Positions 57,951-64,000 of a stretch of DNA of 64,000 nucleotides are shown piece by piece. Each line of letters opens with the position of its first letter. The stretch's first letter is position 1. The stretch spans positions 691-64,690 of the forward strand of contig JAGGTI010000127.1 of the NCBI GenBank assembly GCA_021163775.1. The letters are read 5' to 3'. Below the pieces are notes generated by a model. The model saw nothing but the letters and a program-made list of their open reading frames with translations. It was not told the DNA's origin and did no database searches. The position numbers were made by a program, and so were the translations under genes. Origin of the DNA: Candidatus Zixiibacteriota bacterium. GTDB taxonomy: Bacteria > Zixibacteria > MSB-5A5 > GN15 > FEB-12.

Positions 57951-57972
57951 GATAACCACTGCGAGGAACTCG

Positions 57973-58578
57973 ATGAGTAAACCAAGCGAGAAAGAAAAAG
58001 ATTATATCCTGATGCGAGCCATCCAGAATGGTGACATGGTAGCGTTTGACTCTATGGTCAACCGGTATCGAGGTCGGCTTATGAATGTCATCGGCCGGAT
58101 GCTGTCATCGACAGAAGAAGCCGAGGATGTCGTTCAGGAGACGTTCGTTCGCGTTTATCAGCACCGACAGTCGTTCAATTTCCAGCACTGTTTCTCAACC
58201 TGGATTTACACGATTGGTCTCAACCTGGCACGGAACGAACTTCGCAAGCGTCGCCGATTCAAGTTTTTTGAGATATCGGAAATGAAGGGTAGTGAGAAAG
58301 AGCTGGCGGTTGATCCAAAATTACCGAGCCGACTTCCCGAACTACTCGAAGGCGCGGTGGCAACACTGCCTGAAAAATATCGTGAGGCTTTTCTCCTGCG
58401 GGATGTCGAGGAGATGGCTTACGATGAGGTAGCTAAGATACTTGATGTACCCCTCGGAACAGTGAAGTCAAGAGTCAACAGGGCACGGCTCATGCTTCGC
58501 GAAAAACTAAAACCGAGGATGGAGGAACAGAATGCGTTGTCGAAAAGTACGCTCCTTGCTGTCAGCGGCCTGTTCTGA
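57973..58578 (+). CDS. ECF-type RNA polymerase sigma-70 family factor
   Basis: Region 2 reads AEDVVQETFVRVYQHRQSF...FSTWIYTIGLNLARNELRK. Region 4 reads LPEKYREAFLLRDVEEMAYDEVAKILDVPLGTVKSRVNRAR. Confidence 0.88.
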   Translation: MSKPSEKEKDYILMRAIQNGDMVAFDSMVNRYRGRLMNVIGRMLSSTEEAEDVVQETFVRVYQHRQSFNFQHCFSTWIYTIGLNLARNELRKRRRFKFFEISEMKGSEKELAVDPKLPSRLPELLEGAVATLPEKYREAFLLRDVEEMAYDEVAKILDVPLGTVKSRVNRARLMLREKLKPRMEEQNALSKSTLLAVSGLF

Positions 58579-59224
58579 GGAACTGGATGTTCGTCAGTAT
58601 GCCGAGGTGATGGAGCATGTGGCGTCATGCCCGTCCTGTAAACGGGAATACGCTATCTATGCTTCGATCCAGGAAGGTGCGCGGGAAATACCGGACGAAC
58701 CGATCTCAGACGATTTCAACACTCGTCTATTGGGTCGGATCGCCGAGGAACGATTCGCGGAGACTCGCACTAAAGCATATCTGCCAAAACGGGCGCCGAA
58801 ATTCCAATGGCGGTCTCTTGTTCCTGTGACAGTTGTGGCCGGTTTGTTGGCTGTGGTGACGCTGAATGTTTATCAGCCGAGTCAGGAGATGTCATCAACC
58901 ACCCCGACTGCGAATACTCCGATTCATATGGATGACAGGTATTTGACCACTCAACCATCCAGTAACCCTAACGTCACGGTTGCTATGGAAGATAGCTGGA
59001 CGCTCAATCAGAAGCTGGCGCGAACCGAACGGTTGGGTCAGATTTCGCAACGGCTTACCAGTAATCGGGCGTTTGTAAATCAATTGACCAGTGGCACTAT
59101 GGTGCGGAGTCAGACTACCAGACCTAACCCAGGACAATTCTTTCAGACTTCAGGCGGCGTCACCTATTACATCTACCGGGTAAACACTCCAACCTCTGGA
59201 GGGGAGAGTGGCCAGGCATACTAA
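58532..59224 (+). CDS. Anti-sigma factor (zf-HC2 N-terminus, one TM helix, extracytoplasmic C-terminal domain)
   Basis: The N-terminus is MRCRKVRSLLSAACSEELD...HVASCPSCKREY, and the TM helix is LVPVTVVAGLLAVVTLNVY. A GGAGGA RBS lies 5 nt upstream. The gene overlaps the sigma-factor ORF by 47 nt. Confidence 0.75.
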   Translation: MRCRKVRSLLSAACSEELDVRQYAEVMEHVASCPSCKREYAIYASIQEGAREIPDEPISDDFNTRLLGRIAEERFAETRTKAYLPKRAPKFQWRSLVPVTVVAGLLAVVTLNVYQPSQEMSSTTPTANTPIHMDDRYLTTQPSSNPNVTVAMEDSWTLNQKLARTERLGQISQRLTSNRAFVNQLTSGTMVRSQTTRPNPGQFFQTSGGVTYYIYRVNTPTSGGESGQAY

Positions 59225-60395
59225 AATGTTAACGATGAAGCCAATGACCGCCGCGAGACAACTGGTTGTGATCCTCGGGGCGGTCTTTTTTGCCTCCAGC
59301 GCCTTTGCTGTCGATAGCTCATTGCACGGTTTTGAGAACAGTTTCACCGAACTGGTCTTTGGTCTCTCCCGCTCGATTGTTACGGTTGAAGCTTCCCGCC
59401 GACTACCGTTCAGTCGCTTTGGCAGTCCCACCGATGAAACCTATACCAAGGAATATACTACTGGAATAGTTGTCGATTCGGGAGGTCTGATACTTGTTCC
59501 GGCTCGTCCGGTTCTGGGACGGGATCACATAACGGTTCGGTTCGACAACCAAGTGGTGTCGGCGGAGTTGATAGCAGTCGATTATCAGACAGAACTAGCG
59601 CTTCTGCGAGCGGCTTCAACGACAGTTGTTCCGGTCAGACTGGTTGATCGACAGACGTGTGCCGGAAAGATGGTCATTGCTGTAGGTCATGCTTTCGGTT
59701 TTCGTTCGTCGCCATCACTTGGTTTCTGCGCCGGGATTCGCGATGATGGCGTTATGCAATTTTCGATCCCACACATGGGTAGTCAGTTGGGTACCGGGGT
59801 GTTTGACTTGTCAGGCTGTCTGTTGGGAATTGTCACCGAGTTGACAACAGATCAGCCATCATTACCTTCGGCTGTGCCTGCGCACCGTATTTCGGCGATA
59901 GTCAATTATCTGCTTCACAGTGGTGACCGCCAGTCTGGGTTTGCCGGTATCCGATCGCAGGAGATTGAAATAACCCCTGGGATTATTATCCAGCAGGCGG
60001 TTATTCCGGCATCATCCGGACGGCCTCATCAGACAATCATAGAGCGGGGTATGGTAGTGACTTCGGTGGTACCGGCTTCCCCCGCCAGCCGTGCTGGTTT
60101 GCTGGCGGGTGATCTGATTTACGCTGTCAACGGAATGGAGGTCAATTCTGCCACTGGTTTGGCCAGTTTGGTCAAGCAGAGTGTGCCGGGTACGGCTCTC
60201 CGGATGGATATCCTCCGGCAAGATCAGCAGTCTTCTATATCGCTGATCGTTGGGCGAAAGAGCCTCAATCTTGAAGGTGATGGGATGCCACGAGACCAGA
60301 AGGCACGGGACCATCTGGCCGATTCAATCCGACAAATGCTGGTAAAAATGAAGAATCATATCCGATTACTTGAGAATCGTCTCGACGAACTATAG
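59208..60395 (+). CDS. HtrA/DegS-like trypsin-fold + PDZ protein with substituted catalytic triad (predicted pseudoprotease)
   Basis: The product has signal peptide ...FFASSAFA. Its trypsin-like core aligns without gaps to the E. coli DegS core as I recall it. In that alignment TNKHVI corresponds to VPARPV, TDLAVLKI to TELALLRA, and HGNSGGALVN to GSQLGTGVFD. The PDZ domain (GMVVTSVVPASPASRAGLLAGDLIYAVNGMEV) is intact. Confidence 0.8.
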   Translation: MARHTKMLTMKPMTAARQLVVILGAVFFASSAFAVDSSLHGFENSFTELVFGLSRSIVTVEASRRLPFSRFGSPTDETYTKEYTTGIVVDSGGLILVPARPVLGRDHITVRFDNQVVSAELIAVDYQTELALLRAASTTVVPVRLVDRQTCAGKMVIAVGHAFGFRSSPSLGFCAGIRDDGVMQFSIPHMGSQLGTGVFDLSGCLLGIVTELTTDQPSLPSAVPAHRISAIVNYLLHSGDRQSGFAGIRSQEIEITPGIIIQQAVIPASSGRPHQTIIERGMVVTSVVPASPASRAGLLAGDLIYAVNGMEVNSATGLASLVKQSVPGTALRMDILRQDQQSSISLIVGRKSLNLEGDGMPRDQKARDHLADSIRQMLVKMKNHIRLLENRLDEL

Positions 60396-60441
60396 TAAGT
60401 TTCAAATTGCCAGAAGGTGAGAGTCATCATAACTTGGCAGT

Positions 60442-61110
60442 ATGAGTTGTATCGATCACAATGAGTCTCTCAACGATTGCCTGGCTTTATTTGCCCCGAC
60501 TCGTTATGAGGTTACCCGCTCACTCGCTCTTTATTCTGCCGCTATTACTGATTCATCTGACAAGAACCTTCGTGCCGCAACCGGGGTTTGCCTGGGTCAT
60601 CACGCTACCCCTGAACAGCTCTACGAGATTGTCCTGCAATCGCATCTTTTCTTGGGCTTTCCCCGAATGCTGATTGCGGCGGAGGCGTTAACAGCCTCGG
60701 TTCCAAACGGTTCATTGGTTCTTCAGCCGGCGGAATTATCGGATGACACTCTGACCACCTGGCTTGAGCAAGGGCAGAATCTGTGTCGCCGTATTTATGA
60801 CAGCAGTTATGATGCGCTCAAGACTCGTGTCCAGGGAATAGCTCCCGAGATATTTCTGTGGATGGAACTTGAGGGTTACGGTAAGGTGCTTTCTCGTCCG
60901 GGTCTCGACATCATTGATCGCGAAATGGCTATCGTTGCCTGTTTGATGATGGAAAACCGGGTGTCGCAACTTCATTCACATTTGCGGGGGGCACTAAATG
61001 TTGGTGCTGAACCACAATTGGTGCGCGACGTGATCTCTGACCTGTCGCCAGCATCACCCGAAGGGCACGCTACGGCAATCAATATTCTCAACCAGTTGGG
61101 GATAGGCTGA
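60442..61110 (+). CDS. Carboxymuconolactone decarboxylase (AhpD-like) family protein
   Basis: The 222-aa product has two CMD-like helical segments: YEIVLQSHLFLGFPRMLIAAEAL and REMAIVACLMMENRVSQLHSHLRGALNVGAEPQLVRDVI. Confidence 0.5.
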   Translation: MSCIDHNESLNDCLALFAPTRYEVTRSLALYSAAITDSSDKNLRAATGVCLGHHATPEQLYEIVLQSHLFLGFPRMLIAAEALTASVPNGSLVLQPAELSDDTLTTWLEQGQNLCRRIYDSSYDALKTRVQGIAPEIFLWMELEGYGKVLSRPGLDIIDREMAIVACLMMENRVSQLHSHLRGALNVGAEPQLVRDVISDLSPASPEGHATAINILNQLGIG

Positions 61111-64000
61111 TGCATCGATTGCTATACTGGTCAGGCATAATCGTGGCTATTCTGCTGGTGTTGGTTATCGCGTTCTATGTGTACTTTTTTCATCTGGGTG
61201 GAATTGAAAGCTATGTAATCGGTAAGATCAACGATGCTATTGTTGATCAGAGTGGCCTGACCGTGAGTATTGATCGTATACGAGGTGGACTTGTCAGCGA
61301 CCTTGAACTGGAAGGTGTCTCGATTAACTATTCCGACTCTGTCCGGTCGTTCAGTCTGATAAATGTGTCATATCTGACGGCCCGGTATGACTTGTCCGAT
61401 CTGTGGAATCGGACTTTCATGTTTGAAAGAGTCCAAATTGATGGGGTCGACCTGATTGCTTCCAGAGGAGATGATGGCCGCTGGTTGTTGCCGTTGCCCG
61501 GTGCGCCCAAGACGGGCGGTGGTGTTGCTCCAGCCTTTGCAGTTGATGAGCTAAGTATCGAAAATGTTCGGTTACGAATAGATCGAACCGATGACACGCT
61601 TTGGGTGTCCGATCTTTCACTGGCGATGGCGGTGTGTTCGGAAGGCGGTGCCACTTCGCTGGAAATTCAGAGCCTTGGTTTTAATTCTTCCGATCCGGTC
61701 ATCGGTCTGGATAATCTCACGGGGAAAGCGACCCTGGCCGACGGTGCTCTGGTGTTTCAGGATTTGATGATACTGCGGGATCAGACTCATCTGAAAATCA
61801 GTGGCGCAGTCGATGTGCGCGAGTGGTCAGGCCAGGTAGAACTGGTGGCTGATGGGCTGGATCTGGAACAGGTCAGCGCCCTGACCAGTCTCAACCTGCG
61901 AGGTGTGCTTGATCTCAACGGTTCGGTGGCATTTGATCGCAACGGCATGAAAGGTCACTTAGGTCTGGGGGGTAATTTTCTTTTTGCCGACCTGGAAAAC
62001 CTGTATCTGGATTTTTCATTTGCCGACCGGCTGTTGTCGTTTGATACCTTGTATGGCACTATCCTTGGTAATTGTAGTGTTGATGGCCGTGGCGAAGTTG
62101 ATTTCAGCGACAAGCCGGAACAATATTGGATTTCAGCCGACCTGCGTGACTTTAATCTGATCCAGATTGTTCGCAACGGTTTTGAATCCGACCTCAGTGG
62201 CCGCATGGAACTTCGGGGAGAGTCCTTCTCCAACTCTACTATGTTGCTGAAACTTGATGTCAACCTGCATGAATCGTCATTTGACGAATACCCGTTGCAT
62301 CGCGCCTCGGGGCCGATATATATCACCACCGATTCGCTCTGGTTTCCTTCAGTTTTCCAAGTTGATTATTTTGAAAATGAATTCTATGTCGCGGGAACGA
62401 TTATCTACTCTGGCGACATCAATCTGGATGTTGAAGCCGACCTTGTAAATCTGGATCGTTATCGTGAGCGGCTATTTATCAATCAACCGGGTGGTCGTGG
62501 TCGGGCGAGTGCTACGCTCACAGGGCGGACTTCCGATCCTGACCTTAAGGGTTGGTTTTATTCTGATTCGTTGTGGATCTATGGCCTTTATGCCGATAGC
62601 GCCTATGCGACTTTTGACATTGATCGTTTTTTGACCGGGCGTGTGGGAGCGGTTGAAGTTGATTTTCTGACCGGAACTGCCTGGGATGTCCCTTATGATA
62701 CCGGGTACAGCCTGATTAAACTCGATTCCCAACTGGTCATAATTGACACTGTGGCGTTTCGCAGTTCATTCGCAGGGCTGGCTTCAAAGGCAACACTTAA
62801 TCAGGGGGTGTATCCCTGGGCACTGACTATCGATACTCTGACTCTTCAAGTCCTTGATCGCGATTTCTACAACCAATCAGAAATGTTAGTGGAGATCGAC
62901 TCGCTCGGTTTTGATTTGTCGGAAACGGCGATTGGGAATAAAATGCGATCGATTGTGGCCGATCGACGCATCAACTTTGACGAAACAATGGATTTAGCTC
63001 TCAGTGCTTCTGGTATTCCAATAGCGCCCTGGTTACGTTTGTTCGAATGGGATTTAGGGTTGGATGCTGGTCTCTCTGGCGAGGCAAGTATCAGTGGTGC
63101 TTTTGCCAAACCTGTATTCAATCTCTCGGGTACTCTCGATTCGCTTGTATATATGGATACAACACTTGGTGTTGGGGCCGGCAGTGCTCATTACCGGGAT
63201 GGCCTCGTAATTCTTGACAGTGTGGTAGTGAAATCTGATCTCGGGGCTTATCGAGCAAACGGTCAGTTCTATGCCGACCTGTCATTTACTAAAGGTGTTG
63301 ACGAACGTCTGCCCGATCAGCCGTTTGACCTTGCAATTACAGCCGCTGACCGGGAATTCAAACTGGTCTACCTGTTTTTGCCATCGGTGGAGCAACTGGA
63401 TGGTGATTTCAACGCTGACTTCCGTCTGAGCGGTACGCCCCGCCGTCCGCACCTTGATGGTCAGGCGTTTCTGAAGGATGGTCGCTTGAAATATTTCGAT
63501 TTGGTCAACCCGTTCCAGGTCGATTCTGCCGCCGCCAACATGCGTGACAATATTATCAGCATTGATACCGTGCGGGCCTTTGTTTGCGACAAAGACAATG
63601 AGTCTAAACGCTTAGGTTATGCCGACATCTGGGGTGAATTAACAGTCAAGGCGCTCGACAGTTTACACTATAACATAGATATTGACATACCCAGCGAGAC
63701 ATACTTCCAGTATGATCTGGACGATGTTGAGGGCGTTGTCATGGGGCATCTAAAAGTGTTGGGCGACACACCCCCGGCGGTGACGGGTGATCTGATTCTA
63801 TCCGAGGGCAAATACCAGGTTGAATTCGCCGATGACGAAACCGGTTCGCCACTGATGCTGGCGCTATCCGGTGAGAATACCTGGGATCTGAATATCAACA
63901 TCGAAATACCTTCCAACTACCGGATACGCAACGAAGATATCGATGCTGAGTTCGGTGGGTTCCTCAACATTATTCGCGAGAACGGTCTGTATCGCTTTAT
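61110..64000 (+). CDS. TamB/AsmA-like translocation-and-assembly-module protein, 3' end beyond the window
   Basis: I translated the frame from the ATG at 61110 (overlapping the upstream TGA) to the window end and found more than 960 codons with no stop. It is absent from the ORF track for that reason. The product has an N-terminal TM anchor (MHRLLYWSGIIVAILLVLVIAFYVYFF) and a long beta-rich repetitive body. TamB-like segments include LSGTPRRPHLDGQAFLKDGRLKYF. Confidence 0.7.
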   Translation, partial: MHRLLYWSGIIVAILLVLVIAFYVYFFHLGGIESYVIGKINDAIVDQSGLTVSIDRIRGGLVSDLELEGVSINYSDSVRSFSLINVSYLTARYDLSDLWNRTFMFERVQIDGVDLIASRGDDGRWLLPLPGAPKTGGGVAPAFAVDELSIENVRLRIDRTDDTLWVSDLSLAMAVCSEGGATSLEIQSLGFNSSDPVIGLDNLTGKATLADGALVFQDLMILRDQTHLKISGAVDVREWSGQVELVADGLDLEQVSALTSLNLRGVLDLNGSVAFDRNGMKGHLGLGGNFLFADLENLYLDFSFADRLLSFDTLYGTILGNCSVDGRGEVDFSDKPEQYWISADLRDFNLIQIVRNGFESDLSGRMELRGESFSNSTMLLKLDVNLHESSFDEYPLHRASGPIYITTDSLWFPSVFQVDYFENEFYVAGTIIYSGDINLDVEADLVNLDRYRERLFINQPGGRGRASATLTGRTSDPDLKGWFYSDSLWIYGLYADSAYATFDIDRFLTGRVGAVEVDFLTGTAWDVPYDTGYSLIKLDSQLVIIDTVAFRSSFAGLASKATLNQGVYPWALTIDTLTLQVLDRDFYNQSEMLVEIDSLGFDLSETAIGNKMRSIVADRRINFDETMDLALSASGIPIAPWLRLFEWDLGLDAGLSGEASISGAFAKPVFNLSGTLDSLVYMDTTLGVGAGSAHYRDGLVILDSVVVKSDLGAYRANGQFYADLSFTKGVDERLPDQPFDLAITAADREFKLVYLFLPSVEQLDGDFNADFRLSGTPRRPHLDGQAFLKDGRLKYFDLVNPFQVDSAAANMRDNIISIDTVRAFVCDKDNESKRLGYADIWGELTVKALDSLHYNIDIDIPSETYFQYDLDDVEGVVMGHLKVLGDTPPAVTGDLILSEGKYQVEFADDETGSPLMLALSGENTWDLNINIEIPSNYRIRNEDIDAEFGGFLNIIRENGLYRF

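Noticed and set aside
60435-60450. A sigma-54-like string, TGGCAG-tatga-GTTGT
   Set aside because: The -12 element lacks GC, and the site overlaps the ATG of the CMD-family gene. It cannot serve as that gene's promoter.

Overview
The window is a gene-dense chromosomal segment, about 90% coding, from a diderm bacterium. No rRNA, tRNA, CRISPR array, transposase, integrase or recognisable defence gene was seen. Three secreted proteins carry T9SS-type C-terminal sorting domains, and there are four PorV/PorQ-like outer-membrane paralogs plus LptE-like and TamB-like genes. Together these suggest an FCB-superphylum-like lineage, but that is an inference only. Most genes are housekeeping: hutU-hutI, aspS, phoH-7TM_HD-ybeY-corC, fur-feoAB, and ecfT-truA-fsa-purB-psd-pssA-purS-purQ-tatA. 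The less ordinary content falls into six groups. (1) An Oar-type TonB-dependent barrel carries a roughly 240-aa Ca-binding-repeat insertion and sits in an operon with a PorV-like barrel and an orphan 757-aa lipoprotein. (2) A BNR-propeller T9SS cargo gene is followed by two tandem PorV-like genes. (3) An ECF sigma / anti-sigma / HtrA-PDZ cassette encodes a protease with all three catalytic positions substituted. (4) A palindrome-rich intergenic repeat family occurs at four loci, and two inverted copies bracket an FHA / phosphatase / CHASE2-kinase module plus an orphan etfA. (5) A near-consensus sigma-54 promoter precedes an S8 + M6 secreted-protease pair. (6) Three ORFs are absent from the supplied track: a FeoB-associated Cys-rich peptide, an open-ended TamB-like gene and an open-ended membrane protein. 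All functional calls rest on motif recognition by eye; no database search was run.
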